Assembly: GCA_044341025.1 (NCBI GenBank)
Contig: JBIISM010000003.1
Location: 117,105-181,104 of the forward strand
Source of the DNA: Bacteroidia bacterium
Lineage (GTDB): Bacteria; Bacteroidota; Bacteroidia; NS11-12g; UBA955
DNA: 64,000 bases
Reading direction: 5' to 3'
Shown: one piece after another, positions 9,178 through 19,856 of the stretch
Layout of the letters: each line of letters starts with the position of its first letter
Numbering within the stretch: position 1 is the stretch's first letter
Position numbers and translations under genes: made by a program
The notes under the pieces: generated by a model
The model's database searches: none
What the model was told of the DNA's origin: nothing
What the model saw: only the letters and a program-made list of their open reading frames with translations

Positions 9178-11520
9178 TTAAAATTCAAGTTTGTAACTAA
9201 AAACTGGGATTAATGGGGTTTGATACCAAGTCTTAACGGCCCCATTATTAACGTCGTAATAGGTGCCTCCAATATTTTTCCTATTGCTCGCATTTTGTAT
9301 GTCTAAACTCCAAATGCTGTTGTATTTCGCATGGTTGATGCGGTAAGAAAATTTCAAATCTGTTCTAAAATAATTTGCCAGTTGTATGCTAAATGGTTTT
9401 GTTTCGTCGTACATAGTTGTTTGGTACAAACGAGACATATTCGCATCCACAGGTGTTTGTCTAAATCCACCATACCAAGTGGTTTTAATGTTGAAGCCAA
9501 ACAATTTTTTACCCCCTTTTATTTTGAATTCTTTCCCGCCTGTAAAAGTCATTGCATGTTTTCCATTGAAGCGGGTGTTATACGATTGACCAGTCATTGT
9601 TTGATACTCACTTTGATACAACGATGCTGAAAGTATGTAATACAAACCCTTGTTTAAAAAACGTTCAGCCGTTAACTCAATTCCATAATTTCTGCCCTTT
9701 CCTTTATTTACCAAAGCTTCATTTACCAAACCAAAATTCAAGTTCAAGATTGAAAAAGTGCTGTTTGCTGCAAGTCCAATTGGAATATTGAACAAGTGCT
9801 GATAATAGGCTTCTAACTTAATTCTTGTTTGACTCTTAAAAACCATTTCATATCCCGCAACAAAATGATGGGCCTTACTCAATCCAAGATTTTTATTTGG
9901 ATAGTGCTTTTCGCCATTTTCATTTTGCAACTGCGTAAAATAAACACCTGGCAATTGTAACTGACTGTGCAAACCATATCCGAAAGTCGCAGTTTGTTTG
10001 GAATTAAGCTCATAGCGCGCAGATAACCTCGGCTCTAAGGAACTTGTCTTATTTAAGCCTAAAAAGATGCCATGAGCGCCCGCAAAGACGTTCAGCTTGC
10101 TATTGAACCTCCATTTAACTTGTGAAAATGCTTGGGCATAAAAAGCTTGATCTTTGCTGTCTAAAAATGTCCTCAAGCGACCATTGCTATCCAAATCTCT
10201 TTGTTCAGTTTTAAAAGCCCAATAATTGGCAATGAATCCAGATCTTAAATGAAGCTTATTGCTAATTTTATGGTTAAGTGTGCTGCTCCAAGCCAATTTA
10301 TTATTGCCAATATTGTTTTTCCAATGGGTGTAAAAATGGGTGTAATCCTTTTCTAAATATTCCCCTTTATCGGTGATGGTATTAGAGGAATACAAGACAA
10401 CAGTTCTCAATGTATTTCTTTTATTGATGTTCAATAAATGGGTCATGCCAGATGCAATGGTGTTGCTGCCATAAAAAATATCGTAACGGTCAGATTGGAA
10501 TTTCCATAATACTGAGTCCTTTTTAGCACTTTGCAGTTGTGCACTAATTCCGGCAAAGCCAAAAAAAGCGATGTTTCCGATTCTAGATTTTGGTAAGGCA
10601 ATATTATATGCTAGGTCTTGAAACAAGGTAGAACTTTCTCCTATTTTTATGCCGAGTTGCTTGATGATTCCAAGAGTAGAATATCTGTAATTTACCAAAT
10701 AGCTTCCGCCCTTTTTACTTAAAGGCCCTTCGGTTGCCAAATCCAATCCTAAAAATCCGGCCTGTAGAGTGTATTCTCTTTTCTTACTGTTGCCTTTGCG
10801 CAAACGCAAATCGAAGACACCGCTTAAAGCATTTCCATATTCTGCAGCAAAAGCACTGCTCATAAAATCTGAATTCCCCAATAGCTGTGCACTCAATATT
10901 GAAATACCACCGCCACTGCCATTAAAACTAGAAAAATGATTTGGTCCCGGGATATCAATGCCCTCCATTCTCCACAACAGTCCAGTTGGGGAATTGCCTC
11001 TTATAACAATGGTATTATTGCCGTCATCGGCTCCAATTACACCTGCAAAGGATGTTGCCATGCGGGCTGGATCATTAACTGCTGCTGCAAATTTTTGTGT
11101 TTCTTCTACCGAAAATGTGCGCGTACTAACCGTTGCCATTTCATTCAATGGCTTTATTTTACTGGCTTTTCCACGCACAACAAAAGCAGATTTTTCTTTA
11201 ATTTGTTCTTCCAATTGAAAATTAACCACCAATTCTTTGCCACTCGTTAATAGTAAATTGGGAATACTCTGTTCGGCATAAACTTTATGTGAAGCCGTTA
11301 TTCTTATGCGACCAACAAGAACATGCTTAAATTCATAATTGCCATTTGAGTCGCTTAAAACAAAATTACTGCTATCTCCATTTAAGTATAGTTTGACTCC
11401 TTCAATGGGGCTAATTAAATTTTTATCGCTAACAGTGCCTTTTATATTTTGTGTGAAGTTTTGCGACCAGGCATCAAAACTGCTCAAAACCAAAATCAAA
11501 ATAAGTGTGTATTTCATCAT
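9178..11520 (-). CDS. TonB-dependent outer-membrane receptor (SusC/RagA-like). It has CarbopepD_reg and plug domains but no STN domain
   Basis: 780 aa. Signal peptide, then IKGTVSDKNLISPIEGVKLYLNG...GNYEFKHVLVGRIRI (CarbopepD_reg), then a plug region (TVSTRTF...IVIRGNSPTGLLWRMEGIDI), a long beta-barrel, and a C-terminal ...FSYKLEF. Confidence 0.8.
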   Translation of the reverse strand: MMKYTLILILVLSSFDAWSQNFTQNIKGTVSDKNLISPIEGVKLYLNGDSSNFVLSDSNGNYEFKHVLVGRIRITASHKVYAEQSIPNLLLTSGKELVVNFQLEEQIKEKSAFVVRGKASKIKPLNEMATVSTRTFSVEETQKFAAAVNDPARMATSFAGVIGADDGNNTIVIRGNSPTGLLWRMEGIDIPGPNHFSSFNGSGGGISILSAQLLGNSDFMSSAFAAEYGNALSGVFDLRLRKGNSKKREYTLQAGFLGLDLATEGPLSKKGGSYLVNYRYSTLGIIKQLGIKIGESSTLFQDLAYNIALPKSRIGNIAFFGFAGISAQLQSAKKDSVLWKFQSDRYDIFYGSNTIASGMTHLLNINKRNTLRTVVLYSSNTITDKGEYLEKDYTHFYTHWKNNIGNNKLAWSSTLNHKISNKLHLRSGFIANYWAFKTEQRDLDSNGRLRTFLDSKDQAFYAQAFSQVKWRFNSKLNVFAGAHGIFLGLNKTSSLEPRLSARYELNSKQTATFGYGLHSQLQLPGVYFTQLQNENGEKHYPNKNLGLSKAHHFVAGYEMVFKSQTRIKLEAYYQHLFNIPIGLAANSTFSILNLNFGLVNEALVNKGKGRNYGIELTAERFLNKGLYYILSASLYQSEYQTMTGQSYNTRFNGKHAMTFTGGKEFKIKGGKKLFGFNIKTTWYGGFRQTPVDANMSRLYQTTMYDETKPFSIQLANYFRTDLKFSYRINHAKYNSIWSLDIQNASNRKNIGGTYYDVNNGAVKTWYQTPLIPVFSYKLEF

Positions 11521-11573
11521 TACACCCTTAAGACAATCGAAATTGGTTTTACCCCTATGCCAAAATAAAAAAA

Positions 11574-13199
11574 TTATTCGCGCTCTATTCTCAACAAATA
11601 ATTCGCCTCAATAAAAGCGTATAAATCAAAGCGATTATCCAATTCAATTACAATTGGTTTATCAGAAACTACAATACCAATGACTTCACCATTGGTCAAT
11701 TTAATGTTTAATGGAAGTTTCAAATCTTTAAGATCCGACTCCAAACGTATGCTATAGCTTATGTTGCCATTGTTTAATATGCTTTGTTTAATTTCCAATT
11801 CAGGTATAGATTTTTTATATAAATACTGCTTGAAAAATAGATCCCAATTATACCTTGTTTTTTTATTAAAGAATTGAACGGTCTCTTCTGTATTAACAAT
11901 CTTATGAAAATATATCGAATTCATTTCCTTTAAACAAGCAAACCACAACGAATCATTATTTAAAATACTGCGCATGGTATGCAGCATCCATGTGCCTTTA
12001 TAATAAATATCACTATCGGTTCTGCCATGGTAAAAAACACCTCTTGGTCCTTGCATTGGATATTTAGATACAATCTTTTTTTTCTGTTCGCTAAGGTATT
12101 CAATTGCTCTTGTTTTATCTACCTGATATTCCATATACAAGGCTTCTGAATAGGTGGTAAAACTCTCGTGTATCCACATATCAGCAGCATCAGATGCCGT
12201 AATGCTGTTGCCGAACCATTCGTGACCACTCTCATGTATGATGATGAAATCAAATCCATAATTATTGTTGTTATAGTTGTTTCCATAAGCGATACAACTT
12301 TGATGTTCCATTCCCCAATAAGGTGTCTCTACCAATTTGTATGAATCGTCTTTAAATGGATATTGACCAAAGTAATACTCAAATGCCTCTAGCATGCCGT
12401 GGACCTGCAAAAAATGCTTTTCTGCTGCAGCTTGGTTATAATCTAATACATAATAGGAAAGCGGCAGTTTATTGATACCAGAAAAAGTATCTACAATGTT
12501 GACATACCGCCCAACATTGATGCTGATACTGTAGTTGTTAATTGGATTAACGACTCTCCAATGAAATGCTTTAAAAGCGCTGTCAACAATTTTTTCATCG
12601 ATTAATTTACCATTGGAAACACCCGTGAGGTCATTCGGTACAATTAATGTAATGTCTGCGCCTTCTGCCTCATCGCTCCAATGGTCTTTGCAAGGCAGCC
12701 AAGCTGATGCTCCCAAACCTTCACAGGCCAAGCCAACCCAATCGTATCCATTATTGTCTTTACGCCATACAAAGCCTCCATCCCAAGGGGCAAGTTTAGC
12801 CTCTAAAGGTTTTCCTGAAAAATAAAGCAGCAAATTATGACTTGAATTTTTGAGTAACCCCCCTGGAAAATCAAACAACACGATATTGCCTTTTCGCTTA
12901 AATGCAATTGGCTTGCCCAAATACTCAGCGCTATCAAGGTTCATAGATTTCGAATAATCCAATTGAATTTTTGATGAGGCTTCCAACATTTTAAACTCAA
13001 TGGCATTACTTCCTGAAATAAATCTTTCAATCGGTTTTATTTTTACCTCTATGTCATAATGTATAACATCAAAGCAAGAGCGCTCAAATACCAATTTGCC
13101 AATATCTTTCCTTTTTGCTTTGGCATGCAGAGACTGCACATTTACAAACGAAATGAAAAACAATAAAAATGAAAAACAATGGTTTAAGGTGCGCATCAA
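11574..13199 (-). CDS. M1-family zinc metallopeptidase (aminopeptidase N-like), secreted
   Basis: 541 aa. HExxH-(18)-E zincin signature in FIIIHESGHEWFGNSITASDAADMWIHESFTTY, a GMEH-like exopeptidase motif (YWGMEHQS), and an N-terminal signal peptide. Confidence 0.75.
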   Translation of the reverse strand: MMRTLNHCFSFLLFFISFVNVQSLHAKAKRKDIGKLVFERSCFDVIHYDIEVKIKPIERFISGSNAIEFKMLEASSKIQLDYSKSMNLDSAEYLGKPIAFKRKGNIVLFDFPGGLLKNSSHNLLLYFSGKPLEAKLAPWDGGFVWRKDNNGYDWVGLACEGLGASAWLPCKDHWSDEAEGADITLIVPNDLTGVSNGKLIDEKIVDSAFKAFHWRVVNPINNYSISINVGRYVNIVDTFSGINKLPLSYYVLDYNQAAAEKHFLQVHGMLEAFEYYFGQYPFKDDSYKLVETPYWGMEHQSCIAYGNNYNNNNYGFDFIIIHESGHEWFGNSITASDAADMWIHESFTTYSEALYMEYQVDKTRAIEYLSEQKKKIVSKYPMQGPRGVFYHGRTDSDIYYKGTWMLHTMRSILNNDSLWFACLKEMNSIYFHKIVNTEETVQFFNKKTRYNWDLFFKQYLYKKSIPELEIKQSILNNGNISYSIRLESDLKDLKLPLNIKLTNGEVIGIVVSDKPIVIELDNRFDLYAFIEANYLLRIERE

Positions 13200-13261
13200 A
13201 AATATCTTGTATTACAATAATACAACTAATGGTATAATAAAAAAATCGAGGCTTGTGTCAA

Positions 13262-14593
13262 TTAAACCAAGGTAACTATACCAATTTCAGGTCTGATACC
13301 CAATCTGCCAGGATAGCCCAAATAACCGAAGCCTCTGTTAACATAAATATATTGTTCGCCATCTTGGTACAAGCCAGCCCATTGTTTGTACATATATTTT
13401 ATTGGACTCCATTTGAACCCTGCGGTTTCTATTCCAAATTGAGCACCGTGGGTATGACCAGAAAAAGTTAAATTAATATCAGGATATTTCTTAAGAACTT
13501 GGGCTTCCCAATGGCTAGGGTCGTGAGAAAGTAAAATTTTAACCGGCATTTCTTCAGTGCCAGCATAGGCTTCAGACAAAACACCATAGCGCGCAAATCG
13601 ACCTTTGGCTCCATAATTTTCAACACCTATAAGTGCAATTTTATCTGTACCACGTTCCAATATTCTATTCTCATTCATCAACAAATCCCAACCCAATCTT
13701 TTGTGGATTTGAATTAATTGCTCCAAGTTTGCCAACTGCATTGGTGACATATGCGATTTGTTTGAATGCGCATGGTTGCCTATACCCATAATGTCGCGGT
13801 CGGGCCACTGATGGTAGTCTCCATAATCATGGTTTCCCAATATACTAAACACGCCCATTGGTGCTTTTACACGGCTGAATATTTCAATGTAACTTTCGTT
13901 CATCTCATCCGACAGACTGTTGACCAAATCGCCTGTAAAGAAAATAATATCAGGTTTTTCTTGCATCAACATTGCAACACCTCTTTCAACGGCTTTTTTA
14001 TCCCAAAAACTGCCCGAATGTATGTCGCTTAAATGCCCAATTTTCAAACCCTTAAAGCTTGCTGGTAAATTCTTTAATGAAACATCCTTTCTATGTATTT
14101 TATAATCGTGCGCACCTTTAACAATTCCATAGCCCAAACCAGAAAAGGTTAACAAGCCAATGCCTGCGCTAACTTGCGAAATAAAAGTTTTTCTTGACAC
14201 CAAATTGGCTCCACCTTTTTCCTCTGGTTTTGCAATTTGTGGCGCAAAAAGAGAAGTGAGCTTATGAAAAATCCTATACAAATCTTCCATTAACAATGGA
14301 ATAATCATGAATATTTTTGCAAAAAATAATGCGGCAAAAAATCCTGTTACAAAAACATAAATGGAACGTGGTGCATGCACCAAGATTCCTCCCATGGCCA
14401 GCAGTGCCAAAATATATAATGAAATATTAACTACCCAATAGGCAATACGTATTCCTTTTTTAAAACCAGGACTTGAATCAGTTGTCAAAGTTTTAACTGC
14501 TTGGTAGGCATAAAAATCAAAAATCAAAATAAATACCACCATGAAAAATATGCGCAGCATAATGGGGATAAGTGAGGTCACAGATTGAAACAT
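13262..14593 (-). CDS. Membrane-anchored calcineurin-like metallophosphoesterase
   Basis: 443 aa. N-terminal multi-TM region. Phosphoesterase motifs GHLSDIHSG, FFTGDLVN and ILGNHDY, then a GHTHGAQ block. Confidence 0.75.
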   Translation of the reverse strand: MFQSVTSLIPIMLRIFFMVVFILIFDFYAYQAVKTLTTDSSPGFKKGIRIAYWVVNISLYILALLAMGGILVHAPRSIYVFVTGFFAALFFAKIFMIIPLLMEDLYRIFHKLTSLFAPQIAKPEEKGGANLVSRKTFISQVSAGIGLLTFSGLGYGIVKGAHDYKIHRKDVSLKNLPASFKGLKIGHLSDIHSGSFWDKKAVERGVAMLMQEKPDIIFFTGDLVNSLSDEMNESYIEIFSRVKAPMGVFSILGNHDYGDYHQWPDRDIMGIGNHAHSNKSHMSPMQLANLEQLIQIHKRLGWDLLMNENRILERGTDKIALIGVENYGAKGRFARYGVLSEAYAGTEEMPVKILLSHDPSHWEAQVLKKYPDINLTFSGHTHGAQFGIETAGFKWSPIKYMYKQWAGLYQDGEQYIYVNRGFGYLGYPGRLGIRPEIGIVTLV

Positions 14594-14596
14594 AAA

Positions 14597-16243
14597 TTAA
14601 TAATCAAACCTACGCATTTTCTTATTGTTTATATTTAGGATCTGAGAATATTTCTTTAAAACCTCAATAGTTTTCGAGAAAACACCTTCTTCACGGTTTA
14701 TAATTCTAGATCGGCCTTTTTCGCCAAACAATCGATAAGCCAGCGCTGCTTTTAAATGCTTGCGTATAATGTCGGCGGTTTTGCTTGAATACTTTAACCC
14801 GCGCAAATAAGGAATTTTTTTGGCCACTGCTATAAAACGAACCACATCTGCTTGTGAGATGCTGAACTCATTTTGAAACACTATTTCATTCTTTAAAAAC
14901 TTAGTCTCATTCTTTAAAATTTCAGACATAAAGTCCAATACATAAATGTCAAATATTCGACTATAAAACAAGCCTGGCATGAGCATTTCTATTTCTGTAC
15001 TATCTGGAATGGTGTCTCGCAACACAACATCAGGCCTTATGCCACCTCCAGGAGTCAACAAACGGCCATTCTTGCTGAAAAACTCCTTTTTAATTGTAGA
15101 ATCTAAATTGGGGTTTAGCGTGTCTCTACTCTGATCACGCACATATATTTCATTCCTGTATTTCTCGATATCCTTAGTGTATGCCTTTTGAATACTTCGT
15201 CCACTTGGTGTGTAGTATCTTGCAATGGTTAAGCGCAACATGGCTCCATCAGACAATCTAAATGGTTCTTGAACCAAGCCCTTGCCAAATGAACGGTTAC
15301 CTATAATTACCGCTCGGTCGTTGTCCTGCAAAGCGCCTGCTAAAATCTCACTGGCAGAAGCGGTGTTGTGGTTAATCAACAATGCCAGTTTTCCATCTTT
15401 AAATCCCCCATTGCCATCAGCTCGGTAATAATTTCTATTTCTGTGGTAACCGAAGGTGTATGAAATCACTTCATCCTTTTGCAAGAATTCATTAGCAATA
15501 GCAGAAGCTTCACTCAATAGGCCTCCTCCATTGTTGCGAAGATCTAAAATCAAATCTTTCATTCCAGCAGCCTTTAATGCATTCATAGATTTTAAAAACT
15601 CAGAATGTGTATTGCTGCTAAAACGTTCAAGCCTTATATAGCCAAGCGATTTGTTAACCATGTAAAAAACTTCTGAACTGTTCATTACAATTTGCTCTCG
15701 TGGCACCGCAAAGTCTAAATATTGGTTCTTACTTCGGCGGTATACTTTTATGCTTAATTTACTTCTACCATCCCCTTGGATGGCCTCTTGTATCTCGGTG
15801 CTACTCATTGAATCTGTTAGCTTCACTTTCCCTGCAAACAACAAACGGTCGCCGGCCATTATTCCAGCTTTTTGCGCTGGTCCACCCTCACTGGTGTTAA
15901 ATACAAATAAAGTGTCGCTAAATTGAATATACTCTATGCCCAATCCCAAATAATTGCCTCGAATCTGACGGTTGTTAATCTCGCTTAATTGTGCAGGGAT
16001 ATAGGCACTGTGCGGGTCGAGCTGAGAGAGCAAATAATCAATGGCATTTTCCTCTAGTAAATCAATCCTTGTGCTGTCTACATAATCTTGATTAATGATG
16101 TCAAATATTTGAGAAAATTTGTCCTTTTTCTCTTTATTGATATTCATCCCACAGAATAAACCAATGGCCAAAAACAAAGCTAAAATCAAAGGACTTAAAG
16201 CTCGGCTTTTTGAATTTTGAATTTCTGGCCTTTCAGTTGACAT
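14597..16243 (-). CDS. S41-family carboxyl-terminal processing peptidase (Ctp/Prc-like)
   Basis: 548 aa. PDZ-like GLGIEYIQFSDTLFVFNTSEGGPAQKAGIMAGDRL, and the S41 catalytic region LLINHNTASASEILAGALQDNDRAVIIGNRSFGKGLVQE. Confidence 0.8.
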   Translation of the reverse strand: MSTERPEIQNSKSRALSPLILALFLAIGLFCGMNINKEKKDKFSQIFDIINQDYVDSTRIDLLEENAIDYLLSQLDPHSAYIPAQLSEINNRQIRGNYLGLGIEYIQFSDTLFVFNTSEGGPAQKAGIMAGDRLLFAGKVKLTDSMSSTEIQEAIQGDGRSKLSIKVYRRSKNQYLDFAVPREQIVMNSSEVFYMVNKSLGYIRLERFSSNTHSEFLKSMNALKAAGMKDLILDLRNNGGGLLSEASAIANEFLQKDEVISYTFGYHRNRNYYRADGNGGFKDGKLALLINHNTASASEILAGALQDNDRAVIIGNRSFGKGLVQEPFRLSDGAMLRLTIARYYTPSGRSIQKAYTKDIEKYRNEIYVRDQSRDTLNPNLDSTIKKEFFSKNGRLLTPGGGIRPDVVLRDTIPDSTEIEMLMPGLFYSRIFDIYVLDFMSEILKNETKFLKNEIVFQNEFSISQADVVRFIAVAKKIPYLRGLKYSSKTADIIRKHLKAALAYRLFGEKGRSRIINREEGVFSKTIEVLKKYSQILNINNKKMRRFDY

Positions 16244-16250
16244 CGAATAA

Positions 16251-17135
16251 CTATAATACGTTGAGCAATTGCTCTTTGATTTTTTCTAACTCTTCTTTCA
16301 TCAAAACAACTGCCTGCTGAATTGGGAAATAATACGCCTTGCTTCCCATGGTATTGATTTCTCTACCCATTTCTTGGGCAATAAAATTAAGCTTTTTTCC
16401 ATTGGCGTCTTTTTCCAAACATTCGATAAAGAAATCCAAGTGGTGGTACAATCGGCTCTTTTCTTCGGCAATATCATACTTCTCTAAATAGTATATTATT
16501 TCTTGCTCAAATCTGTTCTGATCAACACTTACATCTTCTTTGTTGTCGTTCAATGACTGCAACAATTTTCCTTTTATGCTTTCCCTTCTGGGCACTTCCT
16601 CTTTTTCAACCGTTTTTACATAGTTGCGGATTTTGTCTACGCAAGCAATTAAATACAATCCTATAGTCTTTCCTTCTTGCAATCTGAATGCATCAAAACG
16701 TTCGAAAGCTTCGTCGACACTCGATTTCACCATCATCCAATCTTCCTCGGTTGACACATTCTCTTCATATTTAATCACATCTGGGAATGCAATAATGGTA
16801 TTCATCAAATCATTGCTTTGAATATTCAATTCGGAGGCTAATGTCTGAATCTTTTCATAAAAGGATTTGGCTAATGGCAAATTCAAACTTAAATTGTCAT
16901 TTAAAGAAGTCCCATTCTTTTTCTCCGCAGCAATATGAACTGAAACTGAACCTCTATTGATTTTGTTGCTTAGCACTTGTCTAAGCTCAATATCTTTGTC
17001 TTTAAAAGATTTTGGCAAACGAAGATTTAAGTCAAAAAATTTGTTGTTTAATGATTTAATTTCCGTCTTAAGTTTCCATTGTTCATTTTCGATTTCGTAT
17101 GAACCGAAACCCGTCATGCTTTTGATTTGTACCAT
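16251..17135 (-). CDS. yicC: YicC-family stress-induced protein (UPF0701)
   Basis: 294 aa. Diagnostic N-terminus MTGFG (MVQIKSMTGFGSYEIEN...) and a conserved C-terminal ...FIAQEMGREINTMGSKA. Confidence 0.75.
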   Translation of the reverse strand: MVQIKSMTGFGSYEIENEQWKLKTEIKSLNNKFFDLNLRLPKSFKDKDIELRQVLSNKINRGSVSVHIAAEKKNGTSLNDNLSLNLPLAKSFYEKIQTLASELNIQSNDLMNTIIAFPDVIKYEENVSTEEDWMMVKSSVDEAFERFDAFRLQEGKTIGLYLIACVDKIRNYVKTVEKEEVPRRESIKGKLLQSLNDNKEDVSVDQNRFEQEIIYYLEKYDIAEEKSRLYHHLDFFIECLEKDANGKKLNFIAQEMGREINTMGSKAYYFPIQQAVVLMKEELEKIKEQLLNVL

Positions 17136-18013
17136 TGTATTTTTGTTGATGTGATGAATACGCCTGCAAAAATCAACATAATTGCCAATATTTTGTGCAT
17201 GCTAAGTTCATCTTTTTTAAGTAACACCGCTATAATGGCGGCTAGTATAGGTTGTAAATAAATATATGCCCCAACCAATGCTGGTCCGGCTTTTAAAATC
17301 GCGAAGGCATTTAATAGATAAGTGACAAAGGTGGTAAATACAATAATGAACAATACCTCGATTATTATCTTTGCATCCATCAATGCAAACTTTGCTTCGC
17401 TTAATTCGCCTATTCCAAATGGAAAAACCAATATTGCACCTATTAGAAAGGTATACTTTGATACAGTCAAGGTATGGTAATGAACCAATAACTTTTTTAC
17501 TAAAACCAAATATGCGGCATACGAAATGGCATTTAATACAATTAAAATATCGCCCGGCAAAGTATCACCTGAAAAACTGAATGTTCTTCCAGCCATTAAA
17601 ACCAAACAACCAACACTGGCCAATAAAACCCCAAGAAACTGTGCTAGCAACAATTTCTGTTTATTGATCACAACATTTAATACCAATACGAAAATGGGTG
17701 TTGCCAACATTAAGACTGCTCCATTAATTGGGGTAGTAATCTCTAGTCCTTTAAAAAACATCAACATATTGGCTGCTACGCCAAAGACACTACAGGCAAA
17801 TATTCTTAGCCCGTGTGCTTTCCAATCTATCTTTTCACTTTTAATGGCCAGCGAGGCAATCAAAAATAAAAATGCAGCACCAGATACCCTGAGTACAATA
17901 AATCCAAATCCTTGCAAGTAAAAAGGCATAATATCCTTTACCAAACTAAACGTTATAGCATAGATAAATGATACGGTGAAAAGTGCAAAGTGAACGCTAA
18001 AATTTTTATTCAA
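17114..18013 (-). CDS. DMT-superfamily (EamA-like) transporter
   Basis: 299 aa, ~10 TM helices, duplicated EamA-type halves. Overlaps yicC by 22 nt. Confidence 0.65.
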   Translation of the reverse strand: MNKNFSVHFALFTVSFIYAITFSLVKDIMPFYLQGFGFIVLRVSGAAFLFLIASLAIKSEKIDWKAHGLRIFACSVFGVAANMLMFFKGLEITTPINGAVLMLATPIFVLVLNVVINKQKLLLAQFLGVLLASVGCLVLMAGRTFSFSGDTLPGDILIVLNAISYAAYLVLVKKLLVHYHTLTVSKYTFLIGAILVFPFGIGELSEAKFALMDAKIIIEVLFIIVFTTFVTYLLNAFAILKAGPALVGAYIYLQPILAAIIAVLLKKDELSMHKILAIMLIFAGVFITSTKIQWYKSKA

Positions 18014-18024
18014 GATGTAAGTGT

Positions 18025-18789
18025 CTAAGCCTTTCTATGAATCACGCCTGCCATTGGTTGAGCCGTTGGCATAATGGTCATTTCATTGATGTTTACATGT
18101 TCCGGTCTATTGAGCATAAACCAAACACCTTCTGCAACATCCTCGGCAATTAAATTTTCAAATCCTTTGTAAACAGTTGCAGCTCTCTCGGCATCGCCTT
18201 CAAAACGAACCAATGAAAACTCAGTCTCCACAGCTCCAGGATGTATTGCAGATACCTTAATTGGATATTTGCTTAAATCCAAACGCATGCTTCTGTTTAA
18301 AGCATCAACAGCGTGTTTGGTTGCGCAGTATACATTGCCATTGGCATACACTTCTTTTCCAGCTATACTGCCGACATTTACAATATGGCCTTTGCCCTGT
18401 TTAATCATTAATGGAACCAGGTATTTTGTTACATACAATAGACCTTTAATATTTGTGTCAATCATGGTGTCCCAATGTCTGAAATCTCCGTCCTCAATAG
18501 AGGATAAACCCATGGCCAAACCAGCATTGTTTATTAAAACACTTATTTGGTTCCAAGGACTTTCCAAAGAATTCACAAAGGCTTCAACCTCATTCCTATT
18601 ACGCACGTCAAAAACCGCAACCTTACAAGGAACCTGGTACTTAGATTCAATTTCACTTTTTACCTGCTCTAATCGTTCTTCTCTGCGACCACTTAGTATT
18701 AATCCGTAACCATTTTTGGCCAAAATCATGGCACAGGCTTTTCCGATGCCTGAACTTGCTCCCGTTATCAACGCATATTCGGTATTCAT
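18025..18789 (-). CDS. SDR-family short-chain dehydrogenase/reductase
   Basis: 254 aa. TGASSGIG cofactor motif, NNAG, and a catalytic Y-x3-K (YCATKHAV). Confidence 0.8.
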   Translation of the reverse strand: MNTEYALITGASSGIGKACAMILAKNGYGLILSGRREERLEQVKSEIESKYQVPCKVAVFDVRNRNEVEAFVNSLESPWNQISVLINNAGLAMGLSSIEDGDFRHWDTMIDTNIKGLLYVTKYLVPLMIKQGKGHIVNVGSIAGKEVYANGNVYCATKHAVDALNRSMRLDLSKYPIKVSAIHPGAVETEFSLVRFEGDAERAATVYKGFENLIAEDVAEGVWFMLNRPEHVNINEMTIMPTAQPMAGVIHRKA

Positions 18790-18863
18790 AAATTAAATGC
18801 AAAAATAGGTAAATCTTTTTGGGGGCTAGAGGCAAATTTATTGTATTATCGTGGAGAGAAAAC

Positions 18864-19790
18864 ATGAATCCGGAACTGTATATCCTTGGATCTAGCAGCG
18901 CTACCCCAACAAGAGAGCGCCACCCGAGTGCACAAATATTAAAAATCGAAAGTGAGAAAATCCTAATAGATTGTGGGGAAGGCACACAATCTCAAATGAT
19001 AAAATTTGGCATAAGGCATACAGGCATTAACACCATTTGTATAAGCCATTTACACGGTGACCACTATTTTGGATTGATTGGATTAATTTCAACCATGAGT
19101 TTAATGGGAAGAGCCCAAAGACTAACTTTAATTGGCCCTCCGGGACTCAAACAAATTATAGAACTCCAAATAGAACAAGGTGGCATGTCTTTAAGATTTG
19201 AATTGATTTTCATAGACACAAGAATGGATACATCTGAAAAAATTTACGAATCTGATGTTTTCGAAATCAAGACCTTTCCATTAAAACACCGAATTCATTG
19301 CACTGGATTTGTTATTGCGGAAAAGAAAAAAGAACGCAATTTGAATATTGAATGTGCTAAAGAATTTAACGTCCCTATAAGTGCATATAAAGAAATTAAA
19401 TTAGGCGCAAATTTTACCAATGAAAACGGCCAAATCATCGCCAATGAGATATTAACGTTTGACCCTCCTGCACCCAGAACATTCGCCTACTGCTCCGACA
19501 CAATTTTCGATCCCAGTATTGTAGAATTTATTAAAGATTGTACTTTGCTGTACCACGAAGCTACTTATATGAAAAATATGGAAGACCGGGCAGAATTATA
19601 CTTTCATAGCACGGCCGAACAAGCGGCTAAAATAGCTAAGCTTGCAAACGCAGGACATTTAGTCATTGGTCATTTTTCTTCCCGCTACGAACACCTTGGA
19701 CCTCTGTTGGAAGAGGCTAAATCGGTTTTTTCTAAAACGTCTTTGGCAATTGAGGGCGAAAAGCACAATGTCAAAATCCACAACAATTAA
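18864..19790 (+). CDS. rnz: Ribonuclease Z (tRNA 3'-processing MBL-fold nuclease)
   Basis: Start trimmed to the ATG at 18864 (MNPELYILGSSSATPT...). HxHxDH motif ISHLHGDHYFGLIGLI. ~309 aa, typical of RNase Z. Confidence 0.75.
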   Translation: MNPELYILGSSSATPTRERHPSAQILKIESEKILIDCGEGTQSQMIKFGIRHTGINTICISHLHGDHYFGLIGLISTMSLMGRAQRLTLIGPPGLKQIIELQIEQGGMSLRFELIFIDTRMDTSEKIYESDVFEIKTFPLKHRIHCTGFVIAEKKKERNLNIECAKEFNVPISAYKEIKLGANFTNENGQIIANEILTFDPPAPRTFAYCSDTIFDPSIVEFIKDCTLLYHEATYMKNMEDRAELYFHSTAEQAAKIAKLANAGHLVIGHFSSRYEHLGPLLEEAKSVFSKTSLAIEGEKHNVKIHNN

Positions 19791-19831
19791 ATTCAAATAA
19801 GAGTCTCTTTGGCGCTTGGCTAAAATAGTAG

Positions 19832-19839
19832 TAATTTTG
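19832..19839 (+). promoter_or_regulatory. Candidate sigma-A -7 element (TAatTTTG) upstream of the hypothetical-dapA operon
   Basis: taattttg lies ~18 nt upstream of the TTG at 19857, matching the Bacteroidota TAnnTTTG consensus. Confidence 0.25.
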
Positions 19840-19856
19840 ACTTTTCTTTTAAACCC

